Shown here: one piece after another, positions 13,916 through 27,286 of the stretch
Layout: each line of letters starts with the position of its first letter
How positions within the stretch are numbered: the first letter of the stretch is position 1
NCBI GenBank assembly: GCA_023920165.1
Contig: CP089280.1
Location: 806,001 to 870,000 of the forward strand
Direction of reading: 5' to 3'
DNA length: 64,000 bases
Source: Curvularia clavata
Taxonomy: Eukaryota
Notes under the pieces: generated by a model
Seen by the model: the letters and a program-made list of their open reading frames with translations, nothing else
What the model was told of the DNA's origin: nothing
Databases searched by the model: none
Position numbers and translations under genes: made by a program

Positions 13916-14776
13916 GATGAGGATGATATCCAGAGGAAGGGATGCGGCAGCTGTCTTGTCTCAGGGCCTGCAGGCGCATGCAGATCGGGACGGGAGCGTG
14001 GCAGGTAGTCGTGGCACCGGCCTCGCAGGCTGGGTAGAGCGACGTCGTGTGTGCCGTTGTCGTGGATGCATAGGGGTTTGTGCGGTCCCGTGACGTGCCA
14101 GGGGACATTAGCATTCACCTTCTTGGCGCGGCGCACGACGACGACGACGGCGGCCGTGGCATGCAGGCAGTCTAGACGCCGCCACGGCGAGGGTGCTGGT
14201 GGCCGGCGATTTGGTCTTGTAGCCACGGGCTGCGTTTATGCGTGCGTACGAGGATGCGCGAGGGCGACGACGCCATGACTGACGAGAGAGAGAGAGCCAT
14301 GATACAAAGTAGAGGTCGGTGTTGTGGCCGTCGACGCCCATGACTAAGGGGAGCAGCAGCCGCGCTTGCCATTTCTGCAGACAAGCAAGGATGCGATTCA
14401 AAACGTGTAACCCATGCGTGCCTGTGCTCTTGCCCTAGTGCTGCCGACACTAATCTGCCTTGGGCCACGACCTGCGTCTTCAAACCTGTCGGGCCTCCTT
14501 TCAACTTCTTGCTCAAGCTGCGACTCGCCCTCTGTCTGCTATTGCTTGTGCCTTAATAATCCCCGACGCTCCGCAACACCTGGCCGCGGACCTTCCTTGC
14601 CCTCCTCCCGTGCCTGCCGACTACATCCCTCACCCTCCCCCCCGCCTAGTCCTTCCCACACCCCCACTGCGACGCCGCCCCAGCCTGCGCCGACATCTTC
14701 GCCCGACGCCTGATGCATCTCTAGACATCCGTTGCCATCGCTCTGTCCCTTTGCCTGTCTGCCATTGTAGCCCCTC

Positions 14777-16802
14777 ATGGGTCAGAACAACGGCAAGCCC
14801 GTCGTTTTCACCGACCAAGGTGCGTAAAACATATCACACACACATACACACACGCACGCACAAGAGAAAAGAGCCGCGTCAACAAAGCAGACTCGCCAGC
14901 TGTCTGCACATCGACTGCTGCCCGCCCGACGCCCGCCGAGCATACACATTCGCAGCTTGTAAAAGTCGAGACTGACCCGTCCCCCCAGTGAACCTCAACC
15001 ACTTCCGTCTGCTGCGAGTCGTGGGCAAGGGCGCATTCGGAAAGGTGCGCATCGTCGAGCGAAAAGACACGGGACTCACGTTTGCGCTCAAGTACATACG
15101 AAAAGATGAAGGTTCGTCCATGCCCGTCATGCACTAGCGGCCACCCGAGCCATGCTGACCTGGTGTCACAGTCGTACGCTCGGAAAGCGTCCGCAACATC
15201 ATCCGCGAGCGCCGCATGCTCGAGCATCTGAATCACCCGTTTCTGTGCAATCTGCGCTACAGTTTCCAGGACATTGAATACCTGTATGGCCTCGGACCCT
15301 CTTTCTGGTGCCAAGACATTGAGCTGACAATGGCAGATACATTGTTGTCGATCTCATGAACGGCGGCGATTTGCGCTTCCACATCTCACGAAAGACCTTC
15401 ACAGAAGAAGCAGTCCGCTTCTGGATAGCAGAGCTCGGCTGCGCAGTCCGCTACATACACCAGCAGGGCATCGTGCACCGAGATATCAAGCCAGATAACG
15501 TGCTGTTGGATTCCGAAGGACATGTCCATCTAGCAGATTTTGTAAGCTCAGCTGCAGTGCACCCTCCCCTTTGATTCGTGCTGACGCTGGCAGAACGTCG
15601 CCTCCGATTTCGTACCACACAAGCCACTAACCAGCAAGTCGGGCACGCTCGCCTATCTGGCTCCCGAGGTGTACGAAGGCAAGGGCTATTCATGTGAAGT
15701 CGATTGGTGGTCGCTGGGCGTGCTCTTCTACGAGTGCATATACAACAAGCGACCCTTCGAGGCCAGCAGCCACGACTCCCTCGCCGCCAAAATCTCAAAA
15801 GGAGAACCCACCTATCCCGTGACCAGCCCTCCCGTCTCCATGCCCTGTTTACACGCCATCAGCTCCCTGCTGGAGAAGGATCGGTCAAGACGCATAGGCG
15901 CCATTGGGTTCGAGTCATTTACTGACAATCCCTTCTTCCGGCCTATAGATTTTTATGCGCTGGAGCGCAAGGAGATTGAGCCCATCTTCATTCCCTCGAG
16001 CGACAAGACCAATTTCGATGCCACATATGACCTCGAGGAGCTGCTCCTGGAGGAAGCGCCACTTGAAGCACGCGCACGCAGACAAAAGCCCAGAGAAGCC
16101 CTCAAGGAAGATGCCACCGAGCAGGAGATTCGCGCCGATGAGCTGCACAAGATGATTGAGACGCTATTCGAGCCCTTCAACTACACCACAGCTGGCGATC
16201 AGCGAGCCCCAGCCGCTGTATCCGTCATTGATCCCCAAGACTCTGGAGCTGGCTCGCGAACTAGCAACCACAGCCAAAACGACCACGGCCCTACCTCTGT
16301 GCCGTCTCACGTTGATTCGTATGGACGCTCGCATACCAACACAAAGTCCCAAGACACCGACCTGCACCCCACTCGTTCCACCACCACCGCACGATCGACA
16401 CAATCACCCAATGGCAGTCCCCCTCTTCCCACGAGCGTACTGCAGCACACCGCAAACAACAACTCGCCCACATCGCAACGCGGGGAGCACGCCGACTTTT
16501 TCCCCACCGATGGCTCCGAAGTCCCGACCCCCTCGTTCTCCCGCCCCATGAACAGCCGCCAGCGAGGCTCACAACGCAGTACAAGCATGGGCGGAGGCGT
16601 ACAGGTAGTTCTCAACGAGACTGGTTCATGGACCGAGATGGCTAACCAGAGCTCCGCGCTTGTACAGAACGCCCAAACTGAGAAACCGTCTGGCATGCTC
16701 GGATTCCTCAGCCGCAAGAAGGGCCGGGACAGGAGCCCCAAGGCCAAAGAGCGTGGTGTCCTGGGCAAAGAGGGCGCCCGAGTCATCATCAGCAACACAT
16801 GA
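14777..16802 (+). CDS. AGC-group Ser/Thr protein kinase, YANK/STK32-like, ~563 aa
   Basis: Exons 14777-14819, 14989-15111, 15172-15283, 15337-15541 and 15594-16802 splice in frame. Motifs GKGAFGKV, ALKYIRK, HRDIKPDN, DFN (replacing DFG, typical of YANK) and GTLAYLAPE. The MGQ start suggests possible myristoylation. Confidence 0.93.
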
Positions 16803-17909
16803 ACGACCTATTTTGTTTTTTTTCCCTTGTTCTTCTAATTGCGCGCATATTACCCACATCCGGCTCTCCACCTCCCTCCCCTTTACGCTCAACGAAGTCC
16901 ACTTGCATCAATCTCGTTTTGATTCAAGCCGACGTTTTGTTTTTGGTGGGCACGGCGTGCTGGTGTCTTCCGCGCGCATGATTACTTTTTTTTCGCTATG
17001 CCCATTTTCTCTCATATCAACGACTTTGCGACGCCTCGGGGCTTTTCACTAGGCCCTCTAACTTTTTATTGCATCAACACATTTTTTGCATATTCCCCAC
17101 CCCAACCCGGTCCTTGGGGGTTAAGAGAGAAAGGTGTGTGAGATAATCGGGGCGTTGTGGGGGGTTTATAGTTTTTCCCTCTACTTCTGGTTCCTCTATT
17201 TTGTGTGTGTGTTTCTCATACCTTTTGTTGTATTGACGCGAGGAGGGTTTTTTTTTATGCTAGAGATTTTGGACACATGAGGAGGAAGCAACACGGTAGC
17301 TTGGAGAGTTACTCACATGCATACATGGCCTCTGAGACGAATGAAACGGCAGATATATAGGAGAGAGTCGAGGAGATGGGAGGACAACAGGGAAGCATAT
17401 GTGGTGGGCTGGACCATGTAGTGATTGATGGTCTGTGTCGGACTACTAACAACTATTTACCACCATTGTTGATGGCTGCTGTTGTTTTCGAGTCTCTTTT
17501 GTGAAGTATATATACGATGGTCATGTCTGGGAGGACTCTCTTTTCTCTTGGTTGGAACAGTGTATCACGTAGACTGAGTAAATACCCATTTTCTTTTTGG
17601 AATCCTTGGTCCTTGTTTTCCTAAGCTTGCGTTCATAAGCCAGCTATATCCATACCGCTCTACGTCAAACCCAACACAAGTCTAGATGGATCAAGGACAA
17701 GAGGAGGGGAGGAAAAAGTGGATATTTCGGGTATCGAGTATATAAACGCCATCTTTTTTTACCATCACCCTCTCTCTGTCTTTGTCTCTCTTTCTGGCTT
17801 AACTCATCCACTCTCCCTTGTCGCTTTGAGTTATTCATGCACCTCAAAAACCCAATACAAAAGCTAAACTTAACAACAACTAAAAAATATTGTACACAAT
17901 CCAGACCGC

Positions 17910-19647
17910 TCACCTTGGCTTCATATTCGCCCTCGCCAGCCACAAAGCCACACTCTCCTTGGCAACATCGCTTCCCCAAACACCATCGGCACCGCCTCGT
18001 CTCCACTCTTCGCCCGACGCGTCTTCGCCTCCTCCGCGGGTGGCTTCGCCAAGCAGCACCTCGAGATCGCGCTTTTGGCTCGAGAGCCAGCGCTTGAAGA
18101 AGGCAACGGGGTCCTTGGACATGCTAGTGAAGAAGGCGTGCTTGGCTTTGGATTGGCCGATGGCGCCCATGAGGAGGACGAGTTGTTCGTCGATTTTTTG
18201 GATTTCTTGCAGCGTTTGGATGCTGTCGGGGCGGCGGAGGATGTCCTGGAATAAGGGCTGCATGGGGTCTTCGAGGGCTACCTGGACGTCGTATACGCTT
18301 GGTTGCGAGGCGGGCTTGCCGGAATCGGCGGGGGGAGAGATGTAGTCTTTGTCTACACGAATGGTGTATTGCAGCTGGATGGGTGGAAGCGTCGTGAGGT
18401 GCGGCTTAATCAGCTGAGGCAGGTTGGGGAAGAAGAAATGGTCCTGGCCGCCAAACAGCGCCTTCAACCTGGCGTCACACGCAAACTTGCGCTCGTCGTC
18501 TTCCTGCTGGAGATGTTGCGACCTTGCATACTCCCAAATGCCCATGAGCACACCTGCGCGATCCTCCTCATCGGTGTCGAGCAGCTCAGCCAGAGGTTTG
18601 CTCAGGCGAAAGACTTCGGGATTCTGGTATCGCTGGAGGTTGATTGTGATGTTGATGTTCTCGTCGCCCTTGCGCTCAAACTCGAGCTCGCTGAAATTGG
18701 CTTCCTTGGCGGTAGGGTTCTCGGGTCGCTTCCACTCGATTTGCGTAAAGTTGTCGGGTTGTAAACTCTTGGCGCGGTCAAAGTCGATGTTGATGGATGT
18801 GAAGTAGTGCGAAAAGAGCTTTGGTTTCGCGGCTGGCTTGCGCTCCGCCTGGGCGCCGTCCTCGTCCCTAGTTGTTTGTTAGCTGTGTGATCTGTGCGGC
18901 AGGTGTTTTGCGCGCCGCTCCAGAGGCGCAAGCTCGACTGCACGTACATGGCATCAGCATCCTTGTCCTCGCTATCGTCATCATCCTCTAGACCGTCGTC
19001 GCCTTGCTCATCCAGCAGGCGACCCTGAATCTTGACGCGGTACGTGGCGTTGTTCTCGCTCTCAAAGTCAAAGGCGTCGGCGTCGATGCCGCTGCTCTGC
19101 CAAGGCTGGTTTTCGGCCGTGTTGGATATCCATATGCGCATAGTTCCGTAGCGCGAGGCTCGCGAGTGGTGCTTTGAGTCCATGACGTCGAGCTTCTTGC
19201 GCATCATGGTCGCATCCAGCGTGCGCTCGACCTGGCGCAACTCCTTGTAGCGAGCGACGCCATCGCCAATGCACACGTCCTCGACGCCCTCGGGGATGTT
19301 CTTGTCGGTGGGATTCTTTGCGATGCGGCGCATCTTCTCGCGGCGCTCGGCTTCGGCGCGCTGCGAGGCCTGCATGCTGGCGTTGGTGTTGTACTGGGGC
19401 TGGACGGGCGGGTGCTGCGGGTGTACTATGGGGCCTGGGTTGCGAAACAAGTGAGCGAGGTCGTTTCTGCTAATCATCGTCTTGTACGGCTTGGGAGCGC
19501 AGAGGCGGGCGTGGGCGGCAAGGGCAATTGGGGGCGTGGTGTAGGAACTGTGGTTGGCACTCTGGACTTACCTGGCCGGCGCGAGGGCGTAGCTGCATTG
19601 TGCTGTTGCGGATAATTATATCCCCGTGCCTGATAGTTCGGTTGCAT
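17910..19647 (-). CDS. SWI/SNF / RSC complex 60-kDa subunit (BAF60/Snf12/Rsc6/Ssr3 family, SWIB domain), ~506 aa
   Basis: Introns 19435-19571 and 18868-18947. Motifs PTDKNIPEGVE, ERTLDATMMRKKLD, LMGIWEYAR...CDARLKALFG (SWIB) and FFTSMSKDPVAFFKRWLSSQKRDL. Confidence 0.93.
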
Positions 19648-20145
19648 GTTGGAGAGGGTGCAAAAAATGAACGGCAGCAAAAAATGGCGGATGAGGGCGC
19701 GTCCGTGGAGATGGAAGGGGGATAGGATGGGTCACGTCCTTGCAGACGCGTCGAGGTTGGTTTGGCTGGGTACGTTACCACATGCTGCACGGATACACAC
19801 CATTAGCCCCCCCTATAGCCATGCGGGGCATCGTCCCCCCACCCAGCCAGAAAGCTGGTACGTCTGTTTGCTGCCAGCCTCATCCAGCCCATATACTTTC
19901 GCCCGCCAGTCGTCTGCAGCTAGGCTTCGGGTGGTCTGCCGTGCTGCTGCTGGCTCCCGTCTTCATTCACTGCCCGTGCATTGTGCTTGGCATCCTATAC
20001 ACCCGCCTCGTGAAGCCATCGGAAGCATGCTCTTAGCCTGTCTAGACGTCATCGTACTGGGTCTTTCTCTCTCTTGTCGTCTTACGGCCTGTCAAACCTA
20101 GTCCACTCGTTCAGACCACCTCCCTCCAGTGGATAGACGGGAAAC

Positions 20146-21580
20146 ATGCACACACGAACAGTGGGCAGCCCACTGAGGAAGGTCACCAATGTCCGCATAC
20201 CAGACAAGCCGCCGTCTTCGCTCTGGGATATTGTCATCCAAGATGGGAGGATTGTCTCCGTGGATGCTCACAATAGTGGCCCATTGCACGAAGAGAGCGA
20301 GGATGTTCTGGACGGGCACAACTGCCTGCTAGCACCATCGCTATGCCATGCCCATATTCATCTCGACAAGTGCTTTCTTCTACAGGATCCCAAGTTCAGC
20401 GACTTGCAGATTGAAAGTGGTGACTTCAACGAGGCTATGAGCATGACGGGTGAAGCCAAGTCTCGGTTCGAAGAGGAAGATCTGTTGAGGAGGGGCACAC
20501 GGCTCATTGAGGAGAGCATCCAGCACGGCGTTACTGCTATGCGAGCTTTTGTCGAGGTCGACGCCATAGTGCAAATGAAGTGTCTTGAAGCTGGTCTGAA
20601 ACTAAAAGAAGCTTTTCAGAACCAGTGTGAGGTACAAATATGCGCATTCGCTCAGCTCCCACTCTTCTCTGGCCAAGATGAGGGAGCACAAGTGAGGAAG
20701 TTGATGAGCACTGCTGCCTCCCATGAGAAAGTAGACGTGCTTGGTAGCACGCCGTATGTTGAAGATGATGAGCGCAAGTCCAAGGAAAACGTGCGATGGA
20801 TCACCCAGATAGCTTTGGAACATGGTAAACACCTGGATCTCCATCTTGATTACTTCCTCGAGGAAGAGAAACAGCCTTTAGTCTGGAGCACACTAGAGAT
20901 AGTCAAACAACTTGGATGGGACAAGAAGGGACGCAGCAAACAAATAACCCTAGGGCACTGCACCCGACTAACCAAGTTCCGGAACGACGAGTGGACACAC
21001 CTGAGACAAGAAGTGGACAACCTCCCTGTCGCTTTTGTTGGTCTTCCGACCTCTGACCTGTTCATGATGCGGACGCCGGAGAATGTGCGTGGAACACTGC
21101 CAGTTACAGATCTCATCAAAGAGTATGGCTTTAACGCTGCAATTGCCATTAATAACGTCGGCAATGCCTTTACTCCCCAGGGCAACTGTGATCCTCTGGT
21201 GAGAAGTCATGTCACCATAGTGTTCAAGTCCAAAGCTGATCTCTTCTTCCAGGCCATCGCTTCTATGGGGGTTGGCCTTTATCAGGCCGGAACCAAGAAA
21301 GACGCTGAACTGCTATATGTAAGTAACCTGCTTCTTCCTCACACGCTGCCACTGACCGTCTGCGCCTATGCAGGAAACCGTCTCAGCGCGTGCGAAGGCT
21401 GCCATTGGATGCGAAACGACCGATCTGACTTTGAAGCCTGGACAACCTGCCGACTTTCTCATGTTTGACAGAATGGACAGCGGCTGGCGCAGCAGGAAGA
21501 GCATAGCAGAAGTGGTGTATGATGCGGGAAACACTCGTAAGACTATTTACAGGGGTCGGCTGACGGCATCGCAAGGCTGA
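20146..21580 (+). CDS. Metal-dependent amidohydrolase superfamily protein (bacterial cytosine deaminase-like), ~441 aa
   Basis: Introns 21199-21252 and 21319-21373. Metal-binding motif SLCHAHIHLDKCF, plus HLDLHLDY, LGHCTRL, INNVGNAFTPQG and a C-terminal LKPGQPADF. Confidence 0.88.
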
Positions 21581-22033
21581 GCCTGAGCTCCAGATCTAGT
21601 AACTATAGTATATCGCCGAGTTTTTCCCCTCATTCTTGATCTTCATTATGAAAGTATTGAGTGCTCGAGCATTTGTTCTCACTTGCCTTTCCCTTTTGGC
21701 ACTAGCTGCCATATCGACCGCCTTCCTCTTCACTCATCGTGACTGCCTTCTATCCTTGAGTGAGGCCGATCCCGTGACACGCGATGCAAACAATTCGCTC
21801 ATCCTCGCCTGCATATACCCGTCTTCAAACCCAACACCGAGCGGTATCACTGTCTTTCTGTGATGAAAGGTGGTGAGAGTGAAGGCTCATTTGCCCTTCA
21901 TCTTCGCCTCACCACACTACGCCGTTTGCGCTCGCCTGTATATAAAACTAGCGGTGTCAACCGAATCAAATAACCTCAACCTCACACAAATAGTCGCAAC
22001 CGATAGTCAACCGCGGCGCCTAGTTGAGTCAAC

Positions 22034-23849
22034 ATGGATGCACCGCATCCCAACGAGGCATACCACCCTGCACCCCAACCGTCCGCTCAAGAAGTCATGC
22101 TTCATCCTACCACAGCCAGCGCTGAGCCAGGCCAAACGCATAGTTCACACCAAGCTCCCACTATCAGGCAGACGGCCTACACATTCTTGGACAAAGTCAA
22201 GGTAAGCTCTTGCTGCTAGTAGGCACTGCAGCGCTTTCACCACTGCCCCATGCTAAATTGAATCATCTATGCAGTCTCGATTCGGGGAGGGCTCGGTCCA
22301 AGTGACGTCGATTTGGAATGTACTCGGCGCATTTGGAGCCGGAATAGTATCCAAGAAAGAAACAGTTACTGCTATCAAGCTTGTACTCAGCCACCACCAT
22401 GACCTTAAGCAAGCCCTGATGGATGTTTTGTATCATCCAGAAGCCGATTGGGATGTAGGTGACTTTGATTTTGGGTCTCCTCAACCCAATCACTTGGCCA
22501 TTCCAAGCCTCTTGCAGCCGGCTCATCAGCCCCGGTTCCACCCTTCTCCGATCCATTGGCACGAAGACCAACAGGCCCATACATCACAGCGCCTCAGTTA
22601 CAACCAAACTTGGTCTTCTACACCAACCGAGTCAGTTGGGAATCATGAACAATCTCTGGCGGTTGATTATCCTGATATCTATCCTCGTCATCCCGAAAGT
22701 CATTCGCCTCAACCAGCTTTTCAGGAGACACTGGCCTCGGAGACAACCCTACCGTATTCTCTTAGTGCCCCAATGCTATTGAGTAATGGCCAGAGCGTCA
22801 AAAATATGTCAATACCTTCGAAGAAGCGTCGTTGTGACACTTTTGAAGACCAAATCTCGCAGCATGCGATGGACCAAGAGCCTCAGAGTGCTGAGCAGAC
22901 TGGCTTGCCAACTACAAACACAGTTCGGCCTATTGCTCCATCTCGACGGCAGAGCCAGACCAAAGGACAGAGATCACAGAATGAAGACCGTCCAAAGCAA
23001 TTTATTCATGGTCTTTGCGGGAAAGGCTTCGTCGCTCGCTGCAAGGTCAAGAAACACCACTGGGGAAATGTGCTTAACGATCTAGAGGCGACGACTGGCT
23101 GTTGGGCAAAACACGGTAAGCCGAATGTCAGCTGGGACGACCACCCGAGTTGCAAAAAAACGGCAAAAGTACCAGACCGTGCTTGGACTACGAGCCCGAT
23201 TACTCAGACAGACGGTGAATCTCAAGAAAAGTCCCAGATTATATCGCCCGCCGCACCCGCCGCATCCACCGCACCCACCGCATCCAGCGTTTATCAACCA
23301 CCTGGAGGCATCGAGTACACTCCCAATATGCACGAACACTACCGGGACGATCCCCGAGGCACAAACCCTTATCACATGTACCGGCTTCCTCACCGATCTA
23401 GTTTCGACACCTTGCTAGAAGCTGCAAATATGATCTCCCAAGTTGACGCAGCACAACTACAAGTACGCACCGACTCTTTGGCGACCCAGCTCAGTGCACA
23501 GGCTACTGCTGCCAAGCATAGCGGACAATACGTAACGGATTGGCAAAACACTTTGGGAGGTTATCATAGTCAAGCCGTCGTCGCTCGTGGCTACCTCCAG
23601 CCATATACCACGGCCGGATCCAATTTCCTCTACCCACCGAGGGGTCATCAAGTGCCATTGGAAGTTGCCTTGCCCTTTTATGGAAGGCCTCAGGCGCATA
23701 CTCCGCATATGTATCCTACTACAAGTGGCAACTCGATCGACGATCCCACGTCCATGTTGAACGATGCACATACTACCAGCAGCCGCGCGCTTCTGTCACC
23801 GTTCTCCCCTGACCCGCGCGTAAGGAGCCGAAAAATGCAGGAGGAATGA
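22034..23849 (+). CDS. Hypothetical protein, ~580 aa, with an N-terminal PAH-like helical domain and an atypical zinc-finger-like motif
   Basis: Exon 22034-22201, intron 22202-22274 (GTAAGC...GCTAAA...CAG), then the 526-aa ORF in frame. A TATA-like TATATAAAA lies near 21939. Confidence 0.75.
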
Positions 23850-25017
23850 CTGTCGCCGGGTACCTGGAGCATGTGTTCGAAAGGGCCGACATATATGAGT
23901 TGCCCCATTTCCGGGTAGCCGGCCCCACTGATGGTTAACACTACAGCCCGGGTACATTCAAGCATATATGGGGGAAATGACGACCGGAGATTTGTCAAAA
24001 TATGTTTTGGACGGCAACTCTTGTAACTCGGGAAACGGAGCAGACAGAGGACTTGAGGCTGGACGACTGCATCTTGCGGTCGATCAACGTTGTAAAACCA
24101 CCAAACCATGTCCATTTTATGTCATACTGTAATGCAATACTACAATGTAAAAATGTTTAAAAACGCATGCAGATGTTGCAATGTGGTGGTGAATGAACAA
24201 GACGGCAAGTGGCAGCAGCGTGCGGCACGGTTTCTATTCGCAGTATGCCATCCAGCCGTTGTGTACTAAGTAACCGTGTGGCGTGGTCAAGCTTCTGCGC
24301 AAGCCGGGTAAGCTCATAGACATGGGGGCACTGCAAGGCCTGGGGCCCCAACAATTCCCCACAAGATTAACCTGACTGCTAGCCAGTTCCCCATGTTCTC
24401 CGCTGCCTGTCGTCGCGCACGCATCTAGGTTTTTCCGCGATTTCCCGCCAATGGTGACTTTTGCCGGTGCCTTTTACGCTGCTGATCCCTGTGTAGTGAG
24501 ATTATACAAGAGCGGGTTTTTTGGAGCTATGACCCCCCAGGCATAGAGCCTGAAAGTGAGGTAAACACGAACGCAATGCTATGGGGGCTGGGAGAGCGTG
24601 CCATTGAGGGCGACATTGAGGGGAAGGGAACCATTGTATGGGATTCAATGGCATTTTAATGAATTCTAAAAAGCAATTGCAAGCTGGCGTAAGCTGATTT
24701 CGTCATATGCTGGCATCCTGCGAAGAGTGTCATGGACATCCTTCCTGCGGGGAAACGCACGTTCGCTACCGGTATCCTTGAGTGGTGGCCCGCCCTAGGT
24801 GCAGTGTAACCCCGTTGGTGCTATTACCTGGAGGCCGGAAAGGTGAAAGAGAGCGGGAGAGATCCTAATTACGAGCTCGTGACCAGGACAAACGCGCCGG
24901 TGGCCTGGCCTATGACGAGGTATATAAACACCTTCACCCCCTCTGTCTTGGTGCTCGTCCCCACACCACATCACATCAACTCCACTTTTCAACTCTCTCG
25001 AGATTGACAAAGTCACG

Positions 25018-26310
25018 ATGCGGTTCTCGACGGTTGCTCCTCTCTTTGCTGCCACTGCTCTTGCGCAGTACAGCACATCGCCATCCAACTCGTCTTGGAC
25101 GCCCGGCCCTGACAAGGATGGCAAGTACGAGATCTCGTCAGAGGGCATCCGTGCGCGCTTCATCCCCTACGGCGCGTCCATTTCCAACCTCTTCGTCCCC
25201 GGCAAGGGTGGTGTAGAGCGCGATATTGTGCTCGGCTTCGACAATGCGACTGCGTACGAGGGCGAGGTGCACCCTCATCTTGGCGGTGTACCCGGCCGTT
25301 ATGCCAACCGCATTAAGAACTCGACCTTCACCATTGACGGCCAGGACTACCACATTACGCCAAACGAGAACAATGGTGCCGACACTCTCCACGGCGGATT
25401 GGACGGATGGGACTGGCGCAACTTTACCGTTGTTGCCCACACTCAGGATTCCATTACCTTTTCCATTGTCGACCCCGATGGCAAGGAGGGTTTCCCGGGT
25501 GAGGTTGTCAGCTACGTAACCTACACCTTGACGCCAAACACCTGGCACATCAAGATTGTGGCGCTTGCTACCACCAAGAAGACGCCCATTATGCTGACTT
25601 CCCACGTAAGTTGGAACGAATTCCGTGTATTTCCCAAAAAAAAAGCTAATTAAACTAGACCTACTGGAACCTGGACGGTTTCGCCAACCCCGATGACCTG
25701 ACTACTTTCAACCACACTTTCCACATCCCCTACTCTGGCCAGCGTGTCGGTGTCGACAACATCCTCATTCCCGACGGCACCATTCTGCCCAACGAGCAGT
25801 ACTCCGTCAACGACTTCTGGTCCGCACCCAAGCACATCGGCGCCAACCACACCGCGCCCGAGCTCCTTGGAAACTGCGGTTTCAACTGCACTGGCTACGA
25901 CAACTGCTACCTCGTCAACCGCAGCCCTGCTGAGGCACTTGACTGGCGCAACTCTGGCCCTGTTGCTTCGCTCGCTAGCGAGTGGTCTGGCATCAAGCTC
26001 GATATCTACTCTGACCAACCTGCTTTCCAGATGTACAGCTGCCCAGGACAGGATGGTACGTAACATGACCTTACTATATAGATTCCTAAATAATAACAGC
26101 AAACCAGGTACCCTTCCCATTAAGTCCACCCAAGGAGCCGAGGGCGGCAGCCGCTTCGTCCCTAAGTACGGCTGCGTCGTCATGGAGGTCCAGGACTGGA
26201 TCGATGCTATTAACCACCCCGAGTGGCAGCGCGAACAGTACCAGATTTTTGGTCCTGCTAGCAAGCCTTATACGCTCGAGGCCGCCTATGTCTTCTCGGC
26301 TACGGAGTAG
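25018..26310 (+). CDS. Secreted aldose 1-epimerase (galactose mutarotase), ~395 aa
   Basis: Introns 25606-25658 and 26056-26107. Signal peptide MRFSTVAPLFAATALA; motifs GRYANRI, LHGG, EGFPG, HTYWNLDG and EVQDWIDAINHPEW. TATA (TATATAAA) at 24921. Confidence 0.94.
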
Positions 26311-27255
26311 ACTCTTAGAGTATTGAGGAGTTGGGAGAGGATGATACCACGAATTGATAATGTAATCCGCACATGTTTAGACGTGTGATAATTGGTAATA
26401 GAAGCTTTTGGGGCTTGAAACTTGAGTGTAACTTATGCGTTGTGAAAAGATGCCTACGACGTCAAGTCATGTTCACGTTCCACACCAGACGACGATAGAT
26501 CCGTGAGGCAAAGACGGCGAAACTAAGCGCTGTTGCGTATACTCAGCCAATAGCAAGCATCCATCTCTAGACCCTGTTTGAACTTTCAACCACGACAAGG
26601 TCTGACTATGTGTTTTGTTCGCGTACCCAGTTCACACTCATCACCGCATACCGAGGTGACACCAAATACACCTTCCAACAACTTATTCGGGATGTTGAGC
26701 GCGTGTTTTCATCAAGCAACGCACAAGTGTGTACGATGTACAGCAGTAAAATGTCAACAACAAAAATGTTGCTGTGCTAGCATGGCATGGCATTGCCCGC
26801 TTATTATGGATACCTTTGCTTGTTCCAGGTTATGTTATCCGATCTTGATGTTGTTTCACCAACGCCGCTTTGCTCAGCTACTTGCAGTCTGCTATGTAGC
26901 CATCCGAGTGTTTCGTCCCTTTGTATAATATATTCGGTTCGTAGGGAAGAGTGACAGTGTGTGTGTTCGGAGCTATCACTTCACGATGGGACTGGACCTA
27001 CACAGGGAGAATGCTCAGGAATGCTGTGTGTGACTGTCAATTTTGCAAAGCTGGAGAATTTGTTGTTAGTGGACGAACATAGAGCTAATATAAGCATGCT
27101 CAGGATGTGTTTGGATACTCGAAGGGCGAGGCGATTGATGATTGTTTGCTTGGAGTAGCTTGGGGCTGCCTCTGGTCCCCGAGTATGAGAGCATGCGTGA
27201 TATCAGCCCGTTTGCTCTCATGCCACACACTGTACCATTTTTTTTACACTTCGTC

Positions 27256-27264
27256 TATATATAA
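27256..27264 (+). promoter_or_regulatory. TATA box about 30 nt upstream of the putative Pol III ncRNA
   Basis: TATATATAA at 27256-27264, upstream of the 5' strand of the terminal helix at 27287. Confidence 0.6.
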
Positions 27265-27286
27265 CCCAATATCCATTCCCCATTCC

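Noticed and set aside
10523..14776. Short ORFs in the TAPT1-kinase intergenic region
   Set aside because: No recognisable domains, splice structure or protein-like composition; GC-rich promoter/UTR sequence.
15530..15600. DFN instead of DFG as a sign of a pseudokinase
   Set aside because: DFN is the normal motif of the YANK/STK32 family, and the other catalytic motifs are intact.
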